DNA of 64,000 nucleotides from Lewinellaceae bacterium (GTDB taxonomy: Bacteria; Bacteroidota; Bacteroidia; Chitinophagales; Saprospiraceae): assembly GCA_020636075.1 (NCBI GenBank), contig JACJYO010000005.1, forward strand, positions 2,926-66,925, given 5' to 3'. The notes below the pieces were generated by a model that saw nothing but the letters and a program-made list of their open reading frames with translations, had not been told where the DNA came from and did no database searches. Every line of letters starts with the position of its first letter. Position 1 is the stretch's first letter. Of this stretch, positions 53,401 to 61,215 are shown piece by piece. The position numbers and the translations under genes are program-made.

Positions 53401-55282
53401 TAACCCCGCTGGCGGTGTTCCCAAGCGAACCACCCAGAAATCCGCCACCACCGCCTATTGTGGCATTCGTACCGCTGGCCGTGTTATTAGCGCCGCCACC
53501 GACTGTAGCACGCAGGCCACTGGCGCGGTTGTCCTCACCTCCAGCCACTGTTGCTGTCTGAGCCGTTGCCACATTTGTTTCGCCACCACCGACTGTCGAC
53601 CTTATACCCGTTGCGCTGTTATCTTGTCCACCGGAAACCACGGCGCCACCGCCGCTGGCTGTGTTGTTTGAACCTCCACCGACACTTGCATATCCAGATG
53701 CGCTGTTATTGTGTCCACCGGAGACAACCGCGCCATAGTCGTTTGCCGTATTGCCTAGGCCGCCGCCGATGGTGGAAAATGATGCTGAAATCGTATTTAT
53801 ACCACCGATTTGGCCACCGCCACTGATGGTCGCGCCGAAAACACCTGCCCCAACTGTATTGCCGCTAAAGCCGCCGATGAGGTTCGGAGCCGGCTTGGTG
53901 ATTCCGAAGAGCAGATCGAATTCTTCCGCATATTCCAGGCGCAGCCCGCGCGCATTGTTCACGCGGAAATCCAGCGCCACGTTGTCGGTGGTGCCGATGA
54001 AATTTGTGCCGTCTACCGTGCCGGTATTGCCAATCAGGCTCCAGCCCGCTCCGGCGGGAAGGTTGGTCAGCCCTGAGCCGTCGCCGACAAATGCCGCGGC
54101 GCTGACCGTGCCGGTGTTGTCAATACTTATCGTTTGGGTAGGATTGCCGGAGCCGTCGATGGCCGTCACGAAACGCACTCCGCCGGTAGCGCGCGCGGCA
54201 AACTCGTTGGCGGCTGCCGAGTTGAAGTCAACGTTGTTGCCATCGGAAAACAGGAAAGCGCCGTCGTGGGCAGCGTCGATCTTCGCACGACGACCGGCGG
54301 CCAGGCTGTAATCGCCACCGGCACTGTTCAGGCTGCCGCCGGGTACGGTAGAACTAAACCCCGCGGCGGTGTTGCCAAGCGAAACACCCAGAACTCCGCC
54401 ACCACCGCCTATTGTGGCGTTAGCACCGCTGGCCGTGTTATAAGCGCCGCCACCGACTGTAGCCCGCAGGCCACTGGCGCTGTTGAGCCCACCTCCAGCC
54501 ACCGTGGCTCCCTGAGCCGTTGCATTATTTAAGTCGCCGCCACCAATTGTCGAAGAACCTCCCGTTGCATTGTTAGATTGTCCACCGGAGACAACGGCGC
54601 TACCGCCGTTGGCTGTGTTGAAACTGCCGCCACCAACTGTCGAAAAACCTCCCGTTGCGCCGTTAACTTGTCCACCGGAGACAACGGCGCCATAGCCATT
54701 GGCCGTGTTTAAAAAGCCGCCACCGATAGTGGAAAATGAGCCTGAAGTCGCATTGATACCACCGGTTCTCCCACCACCACTGATGGTCGCGCCGATAACC
54801 CCCGCGGCAACCGTATTGCCGCTAAAGCCGCCAATGAGGTTCGGAGCGACAGTGGTTCCGAAGAGTGGATCGATTTCTTCCGCATATTCCAGGCGCAGCC
54901 CGCGCCCGTTGTTCACGCGGAAATCCAGCGCCACGTTGTCGGTGGTGCCGATGAAATTTGTGCCGTCCACCGTGCCGGCATTGCCCGTCAGGCTCCAGCC
55001 GCCCATGAGCCGCACCCAGCCGCCGCTGTCCCGGTACCAGAACGATTCGTTATCGGTATCAAAAACCAGCAGACCCGTGGCCGGGTTGGCAATAGCTGTG
55101 CGCTGGGCTGTTGTCATGCGGGGCACGAGCACACCCTTGTCGCTGCTCTTGACGTCGAGCATGGCCGATGGGTCGGGAGCGGAGTTGTCCTGGTTGACGC
55201 TGACCTGGGCAGCGAGCACATCCGTGAAAAACAGGCTACAGCCCAGCAGGGCCAGGCGGAACATAACAGTGCTAAATTTCAT
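50477..55282 (-). CDS. Exported tail-fibre-like protein, S74-type, with three tandem 318-aa units
   Basis: 1601 aa. ...FFTDVLAA|QVSVNQDNSAPDPSAMLDVKSSDKGVLVPRMTTAQR. Three units (TGN.GTVDGTNFIGTTDNVALDFRVNN ... GGVRFVTAIDGSG.PTQT.SIDNTGTV.AAAFVGDGSGL). Four LS(L/F)(S/D)GATLSI.(N/G)GN.VNL stalk repeats plus a fifth, GTTLSIEDGNSVNL. SSDIRLKQHI (Ser codon 50891-50893). Confidence 0.9.
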   Translation of the reverse strand: MKFSTVMFRLALLGCSLFFTDVLAAQVSVNQDNSAPDPSAMLDVKSSDKGVLVPRMTTAQRTAIANPATGLLVFDTDNESFWYRDSGGWVRLMGGWSLTGNAGTVDGTNFIGTTDNVALDFRVNNGRGLRLEYAEEIDPLFGTTVAPNLIGGFSGNTVAAGVIGATISGGGRTGGINATSGSFSTIGGGFLNTANGYGAVVSGGQVNGATGGFSTVGGGSFNTANGGSAVVSGGQSNNATGGSSTIGGGDLNNATAQGATVAGGGLNSASGLRATVGGGAYNTASGANATIGGGGGVLGVSLGNTAAGFSSTVPGGSLNSAGGDYSLAAGRRAKIDAAHDGAFLFSDGNNVDFNSAAANEFAARATGGVRFVTAIDGSGNPTQTISIDNTGTVSAAAFVGDGSGLTNLPAGAGWSLIGNTGTVDGTNFIGTTDNVALDFRVNNARGLRLEYAEEFDLLFGITKPAPNLIGGFSGNTVGAGVFGATISGGGQIGGINTISASFSTIGGGLGNTANDYGAVVSGGHNNSASGYASVGGGSNNTASGGGAVVSGGQDNSATGIRSTVGGGETNVATAQTATVAGGEDNRASGLRATVGGGANNTASGTNATIGGGGGFLGGSLGNTASGVSSTVPGGSLNSAGGDYSLAAGHRAKIDAAHDGTFLFSDDNNVNFNSAAANEFAARATGGVRFVTAIDGSGTPTQTVSIDNTGTVTAAAFVGDGSGLTNLPAGAGWNLSGNAGTVDGTNFIGTTDNVALDFRVNNARGLRLEYAEEFDLLFGITKPAPNLIGGFSGNTVGAGVFGATISGGGQSGGINTVSASFSTIGGGLGNTANGYGAVVSGGHNNSASGYASVGGGSNNTASGGGAVVSGGQDNSATGIRSTVGGGETNVATAQTATVAGGEDNRASGLRATVGGGANNTASGTNATIGGGGGFLGGSLGNTASGVSSTVPGGSLNSAGGDYSLAAGHRAKIDAAHDGAFLFSDDNNVNFNSAAANEFAARATGGVRFVTAIDGSGTPTQTVSIDNTGTVTAAAFVGDGSGLTGINVDDADANPTNELQNLSFDGATLSIDGGNSVNLANLNTDDQTLSLSGATLSIENGNAVNLAGISTDDQTLSLSGATLSIENGNAVNLSGIGTDDQTLSLSGTTLSIEDGNSVNLSTLPGDNLGNHTATQALDMNNNDIVNGRAIRADSLIVGDGNSNLDGLTLLRFNTLRAWEFQQDKGDNAASATHLRLRNVSGTPTKRFFIDTDGRVEFRSADGSATHFYFDQGSEKMGIGTAIPDEKLHINDGNLKISQTATATASLELEGHTNGDNQRSWTIATKGHALLVDGSDLAFSREGSEKMRIDTDGNVGIGATTPANKLSVSGNADFTGNVGIGIASPATRLHVEGAASGSTSTDFVATIKNTDTDVTNTTRYNGLKIQAGKDNNNGANSRFIAFYRPDGSEIGTVRQDGASTINFSTSSDIRLKQHIVPTAYSLDDLLKIEVQDYEFRTEPGRKQTGFIAQDLYKVYPAAVSKGGDDVVTDPWMVDYGKLTPLLVKSVQDQQATIDAQQKRIAELEAQLSQAKAQNAAFEQRFERIEAALQQNQQPAPSNRDSGKK
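52171..55032 (-). repeat. Three tandem 954-bp coding repeats; the two at 52171-54078 are nearly identical
   Basis: cgtc(a/g)ccgacaaatgccgcggc recurs at 52171, 53125 and 54079, exactly 954 bp apart. Confidence 0.9.
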
Positions 55283-55348
55283 AATACGAGAACTTTACCT
55301 TTTGATGGAAATAAACAAACACAAAGTTGCCGGCACCCGACTGAAAAA

Positions 55349-55380
55349 AATCCGACATTAAACAAAAGGAATCCGACATT
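55349..55380. promoter_or_regulatory. Direct repeat AATCCGACATT x2 with 21-bp phasing, 67-98 nt upstream of fibre gene 50477-55282
   Basis: Copies at 55349-55359 and 55370-55380 (plus-strand reading), in the only long (157-nt) spacer inside the minus-strand array. Confidence 0.4.
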
Positions 55381-55439
55381 TTGGAAAGTATGCTCCCGCA
55401 AAACCGCCGTTTTCCCGGCATAATCAAATAGGCCACAAC

Positions 55440-56410
55440 TTATTTGATAGCGGCTTCTGATTTTTCATTATTAAGCTTTTGCTGCATTTGCAAAAACAAG
55501 GATTCCAACTGGTCAATTCTTGCAACCTGGGCTTCAAGTTCGGCGATGCGTTTTTGCTGGGCATCAATGGTGGCCTGCTGATCCTGCACCGATTTGACCA
55601 GCAAGGGCGTCAATTTGCCGTAATCCACCATCCAGGGGTCGGTGACGACATCCTCGCCGCCTTTGGAAACAGCCGCTGGATATACCTTGTACAAATCCTG
55701 AGCGATAAAGCCGGTTTGTTTGCGGCCCGGCTCGGTCCGGAACTCGTAATCCTGCACTTCGATCTTCAACAGATCGGCAAGGGAGTAAGCCGTCGGCACG
55801 ATATGTTGTTTTAGCCGTACATCGGAACTGGTACTGAAATTGATCGTGCTGGCGCCGTCCTGGCGAACCGTCCCGATCTCGGCACCGTCGGGCCGGTAAA
55901 AAGCGATGAAGCGGGAGTTGGCGCCGTTACTGTTAACCTTGCCTGCCTGGATTTTCAGGCCGTTGTAGCGGGTAGTATTGGTGGCATCGGTGTCGGTGTT
56001 TTTGATCGTCGCTACAAAATCAGTGCTTGTGGAACCGGATGCGGCGCCTTCCACATGGAGCCGTGTTGCCGGGCTGGCTATTCCGATACCCACATTGCCG
56101 GTGAAATCAGCGCTGCCGGAAACGCTCAACTTGTTTGCCGGAGTGGTGGCGCCGATGCCGACATTGCCATCGGTGTCGATACGCATTTTTTCACTGCCTT
56201 CACGGGAGAATGCGAGGTCGCTGCCATCTACCAGAAGTGCATGTCCTTTCGTTGCGATGGTCCATGACCTTTGGTTGTCGCCGTTAGTGTGGCCCTCAAG
56301 TTCCAGTGAGGCTGTAGCAGTTGCCGTTTGGCTGATTTTGAGGTTGCCGTCGTTGATGTGCAGTTTCTCGTTTGGTGTGCTGGTTCCGATGCCGAGACGG
56401 CCATGATGAG
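55440..56410 (-). pseudogene. Orphan 3' part of a fibre gene (collar + S74 module), no start or signal peptide
   Basis: The open frame from ~56410 reads SPHHGRLGIGTSTPNEKLHINDGNLKISQTATATASLELEGHTNGD...MRIDTDGNVGIG...SSDVRLKQHI.... It is nearly identical to 50590-51440 of the neighbouring gene, except for the last ~35 codons. Confidence 0.75.
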
Positions 56411-56536
56411 GTGATTAGCAATTTTTCCACGCCATTGGGTTCAAATACGAATTCTACCCAACATTAGTCCTCAACCGCAGACTCGCACTACCCGGATAAA
56501 ACCCTATTCCGTAATCGAAGGTGCGTTGCATTTTTT

Positions 56537-59011
56537 TCAACTCAAGTTGGCTTCACTGGCACTTCCTCCAATTGCTTCAATAAGAACAATGGCATCTTGC
56601 TGACTGGGTCGGGATACGTGGAGGCCGTAGCCGGACTTGCAGTATTCCCGATGCCAACAATTGCCATTTGCATCCACAAAAACACCTTCGTTGCCTCCAT
56701 CACCGGACAGCCACTTGCCGTTGAGCGTGAGGTTTTGCGTAGCCGTGTGGTTGCCGAGGTTGTCGCCGGGCAGGGTGGATAAATTCACGCTGTTACCATC
56801 TTCGATGCTTAAGGTGGTACCGCTGAGGCTGAGTGTTTGGTCGTCTGTGCCGATGCCGGACAGATTGACGGCATTGCCGTTCTCGATGCTTAACATGGCG
56901 CCGCTGAGGCTGAGTGTTTGGTCGTCCGTATTAAGGTTGGCCAAGTTTACACTGTTGCCACCGTCGATGCTCAGGGTGGCTCCATCGAAGCTGAGGTTTT
57001 GTATCTCGTTGGTGGGGTTGGCATCAGCATCATTTACATTGATACCTGATAAGCCTGAGCCGTCACCGACAAAGGCCGCGGCAGTGACCGTGCCAGTGTT
57101 GTCAACACTTACCGTTTGGGTTGGGTTGCCGTCGCCGTCGATGGCCGTCACGAAACGCACCCCGCCGGTAGCGCGCGCGGCAAACTCGTTGGCAGCTGCC
57201 GAGTTGAAATCAAGGTTGTTGTGATCGGAAAACAGGAATGCGCCGTCGTGGGCAACGTCGATCTTTGCACGACGACCGGCGGCCAGGCTGTAATCGCCTC
57301 CGGCACTGTTCAGGCTGCCGCCACCGACTGCCGATGATATACCCGTTGCGCTGTTACTTACGCCACCGCAGACAACGGCGCCAATGCCGTTGGCTTTGTT
57401 GTCTACGCCTCCACCTACATTAGAAAATAATTTTGCGCTGTTATCTCGTCCACCGGAGACAACAGCGTAATCCTCATTGGCTTCGTTGTTTGTGCCTCCT
57501 CCGATGGTCGCAAATGGTGCTGAGATCGTATTTATACCACCGGTTATCCCACCACCACTGATGGTCGCGCCGATAATCCCTGCCGCAACCGTATTGCCAC
57601 TAAAGCCACCGATGATGTTCGGAGCCACAAAGGTTCCAAGGTCCGGATTGGTATTTGCCGCATATTCCAGGCGCAGCCCGCGTACATTATTCACGCGGAA
57701 ATCCAGCGCCACGCTGTCGGTGGTTCCGATGAAATTCGTGCCGTCTACCGTGCCCGCATTGCCCGTTATGGTCCAGTCGTTGCCAGACGGCAGGTTGATC
57801 AGTCCTGAGCCGTCACCGACAAAGGCCGCGGCGGTGACCGTACCGGTGTTGTCAATACTTACCGTTTGGGTGGGGGTACCGGAGCCGTCGATAGCCGTCA
57901 CGAAACGTACCCCGCCGGTAGCGCGGGCGGCAAACTCGTTGGCCGCTGCCGAGTTGAAGTTAACGTTGTTGTCATCGGAAAACAGGAAGGCCCCATCGTG
58001 GGCAGCGTCGATCTTCGCACGATGACCGGCGGCCAGGCTGTAATCGCCACCAGCACTATTCAGGCTGCCGCCGGGCACTGTAGAACTAACCCCGCTGGCG
58101 GTGTTCCCAAGCGGACCACCCAGAAATCCACCACCACCGGCTATTGTGGCGTTCCTACCGCTGGCCGTGTTATAAGCGCCGCCACCGACTGTAGCACGCA
58201 GGCCACTGGCGCTGTTATTCTGGCCTCCAGCCACCGTTGCTGTATAAGCCGTTGCATTATTTAAGGCGCCTCCACCGACTGTCGACCATGTATCCGTTGC
58301 ATTGTTATCACTTCCACCAGTGACAACGGCGGTACCACCATTAGCTTTGTTGTTCCGGCCTCCGCCTACAGTAGAATAAACATATGCGCTGTTCTCACTT
58401 CCACCAGCGACAACGGCACCAATGCCGTTGGCTGTGTTGTCGAAGCCTCCAGCTATGGTTGCAAATGGTGCTGAAATCGCATTTTTAAAATCGGTTTTCC
58501 CACCGCCACTGATGGTCGCGCCGATAACCCCCGCGGCAACCGAATTGCCGCTAAAGCCGCCAATGAGGTTCGGAGCGACAGTGGTTCCAAAGAAGGGATC
58601 GAATTCTTCCGCATATTCCAGGCGCAGCCCGCGCGCATTGTTCACGCGGAAATCCAGCGCCACGTTGTCGGTAGTGCCGATGAAATTTGTGCCATCTACC
58701 GTGCCGGCATTGCCCGTCAGGGTCCAGCCTGCTATTAGGTTCACCCAGGCACCGCTGTCCCGGTACCAGAACGATTCGGTATCGGTGTCAAATACCAGCA
58801 GGCCCGTGGCCGGGTTGGCAATGGCCGCGCGTTGGGCTGTTGTCATGCGGGGGACTAGCATGCCCTTGTCGCTGCTTTTTACGTCGAGCATGGCAGAGGG
58901 ATCGGGTGCGGAGTTGTCCTGGTTGACGCTGACCTGTGCAGCGAGCGGCGCGCCCAGGGCGAGGAGGCCAAAGAATAGTAGCGTACGCATATTGATTGTT
59001 TTTTTTCTCAT
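56537..59011 (-). pseudogene. 5' part of the same disrupted fibre gene (signal peptide, N-module, two 318-aa units, stalk repeats), lacking a chaperone module
   Basis: 824-aa ORF. MRKKTINMRTLLFFGLLALGAPLAA|QVSVNQDNS.... It ends ...VFVDANGNCWHREYCKSGYGLHVSRPSQQDAIVLIEAIGGSASEANLS*, where paralogues read NGNVGIGIASPATRLHV. Confidence 0.7.
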
Positions 59012-59022
59012 GATTCAAACGG

Positions 59023-61200
59023 TTACTTTTTGCCGCTTTCCCGGTTTGCTGCGGCTGGTTGCGGATTTTGTTGTAAAGCGGCTTCGAGCAGTTCGAAGCG
59101 TTTTTCGAAAGCGGCGTTTTGTGCTTCGAGTTCGGTGATGCGTTTTTGTTGGTCGTCCACGCGCCGTGCCAGCGCCAGGGTCGTTGAGGCCGCTGCCGGC
59201 AGGCCGACGACGGTGTTGACGCGCGCAGGGGTTTCACTTGTTTTCGATTCCCAGGCGCGGCCGACAATGCGGTTGGCCTGTTCCGGCGTGATATTTTGCG
59301 GCGACACTGCGATGGCTGTGCCGTCGTTCAGCCCGGAAGCGACGATGTAGTCGCCCATGGCGACGGTGCCGCGCACATACACCGGTACCTGGCCGATGAA
59401 ACTGACAATCTCATAATTCGCTTCGCTGCCGTCGTAGATGGCATTGCCGAGTACGACCGCCTGATCGCTGATCGCCATTACCCAGTCGGCGCCCTCGGTG
59501 CGTTTGCTGATCCTGCCGCCGAACACGCCGACCACCTCACCGGGGTTGATGGTTTCACTGTGGTCAAGTCGCTCCAATAATTCCGCATAGTCCGAGCCGC
59601 CGGATTGGAATTGCACGTCGCCGCTGTTGTTGTTTTCGATTTTGCCGGCGAGATCGGTGTTGTTTTCAAAAAACTCGACCCAGTTCCCGTTGCCGGGATT
59701 GCCGTTGAGGTTGGCGCTGAATTGCAGGGCTAACAAGCCTTGCTCCGTGCCGGCGTTGGTGTTGGTGTTGCGAATTTTGGCCACATAGTTGTTGGCACTG
59801 TTATTGGCGCCGACCACACTGTCCCGCACTTCCATCATGTTGGCCGGGCCGGCTGTACCGATGCCGACCTTGCCATTTGTACCCACAAAAACACCTTCGT
59901 TGTCTCCATCACCGGATAACCAATGGCCGTTGAGTCTGAGGTTCTGCGTGGCGGTGTGGTTGCCAAGATTATCAGCACCGGAAGGCAGGTTGGTCAAGCC
60001 TGAGCCGTCGCCGACAAATGCCGCGGCGCTGACCTTGCCGGTATTGTCAATACTTACCGTTTTGATGGGGTTGCCGGAGCCGTCGATGGCCGTTACGAAA
60101 CGCACCCCGCCGGTAGCACGTGCAGCAAACTCGTTGGCCGCTGCCGAGTTGAAGTCCGTGTTGTTGCCATCGGAAAACAGGAAGGTGCCGTCGTGGGCAG
60201 CGTCGATCTTTGCACGACGACCGGCGGCCAGGCTGTAATCGCCACCGGCACTGTTCCGGCTGCCACCGGGAACGGTAGAACTATTCCCGCTGGCAGTGTT
60301 TCCTAGCGAAACATTCAAATATCCGCCGCCACCGCCTATGGTGGCGTTCGTACCGCTGGCCGTGTTATGACTGCCGCCACCGACTGTAGCACGAAAGCCA
60401 CTGGCGATGTTACTCTGGCCTCCAGCCACCGTTGCATCCTCAGCCGTTGCATCATTTGAGGCGCCGCCACCGACTGTCGAGAAGGGACCTGTTGCGCTGT
60501 TATTTTGTCCCCCGGAGACAACGGCGCTCTGGCCATTGGCTGTGTTGTTGACGCCTCCGCCTACATTAGCATTAATATTGGCGCTGTTATTTGTTCCACC
60601 GGAGACAACGGCGCCATAGCCATTGGCAGTGTTGTTTGAGCCTCCACCGATGGTGGCAAATGATTTTGAAATCGCATTTATACCATCGCTTTTTCCACCG
60701 CCACTGATGGTCGCGCCGAAAACTCCACCCCCAACCGTATTGCCGCTAAAGCCGCCGATGAGGTTCGGCGCCGGCGAGGTGGTTCCGGAGAGGGGAATGA
60801 AGACTTCCGCATAGTCCAGGCGCAACCCGCGCGCATTATTCACGCGAAAATCCAGTGCCACGTTGTCGGTAGTGCCGATGAAATTTGTGCCGTCCACTGT
60901 GCCCGCATTGCCCGTCAGGCTCCAGCCGCTGATGAGCTGCACCCAGCCGCCGCTGTCCCGGTACCAGAACGATTCGGTATCGGTATCAAATACCAGCAGG
61001 CCCGTAGCCGGGTTGGCAATAGCCGTGCGCTGGGCTGTTGTCATGCGGGGGACTAGCACACCCTTGTCGCTGCTTTTTACGTCGAGCATGGCCGAAGGGT
61101 CAGGCGTGGAGTTATCCTGATTGATAGCCACCTGGGCTTGCACACCTGCAGCAAATAGCAGAAACGTAAGTAAAAAAAAGGTTGATTTTGACTTACACAT
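59023..61200 (-). CDS. Exported tail-fibre-like protein with Peptidase_G2-like C-terminal module
   Basis: 725 aa. MCKSKSTFFLLTFLLFAAGVQA|QVAINQDNSTPDPSAMLDV.... One 318-aa unit. GSDYAELLERLDHSETINPGEVVGVFGGRISKR...VVLGN...FIGQVPVYVRGTVAMGDYIVASG. Same module as 26072-27922. Confidence 0.85.
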   Translation of the reverse strand: MCKSKSTFFLLTFLLFAAGVQAQVAINQDNSTPDPSAMLDVKSSDKGVLVPRMTTAQRTAIANPATGLLVFDTDTESFWYRDSGGWVQLISGWSLTGNAGTVDGTNFIGTTDNVALDFRVNNARGLRLDYAEVFIPLSGTTSPAPNLIGGFSGNTVGGGVFGATISGGGKSDGINAISKSFATIGGGSNNTANGYGAVVSGGTNNSANINANVGGGVNNTANGQSAVVSGGQNNSATGPFSTVGGGASNDATAEDATVAGGQSNIASGFRATVGGGSHNTASGTNATIGGGGGYLNVSLGNTASGNSSTVPGGSRNSAGGDYSLAAGRRAKIDAAHDGTFLFSDGNNTDFNSAAANEFAARATGGVRFVTAIDGSGNPIKTVSIDNTGKVSAAAFVGDGSGLTNLPSGADNLGNHTATQNLRLNGHWLSGDGDNEGVFVGTNGKVGIGTAGPANMMEVRDSVVGANNSANNYVAKIRNTNTNAGTEQGLLALQFSANLNGNPGNGNWVEFFENNTDLAGKIENNNSGDVQFQSGGSDYAELLERLDHSETINPGEVVGVFGGRISKRTEGADWVMAISDQAVVLGNAIYDGSEANYEIVSFIGQVPVYVRGTVAMGDYIVASGLNDGTAIAVSPQNITPEQANRIVGRAWESKTSETPARVNTVVGLPAAASTTLALARRVDDQQKRITELEAQNAAFEKRFELLEAALQQNPQPAAANRESGKK

Positions 61201-61215
61201 AGCGAAGGTATTTCT

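Noticed and set aside
52171-54078. Diversity-generating retroelement template/variable repeat pair
   Set aside because: The few differences between the two 954-bp copies are a mix of transitions and transversions and are not adenine-specific. No reverse transcriptase or accessory gene is in the window.
50477-55282. Classical trimeric autotransporter adhesin (YadA/Hia type)
   Set aside because: Head-like G..N.A.G..S.V.GG repeats are present, but the C-terminus is an S74-like chaperone plus a coiled tail. It is not the four-strand YadA membrane anchor.
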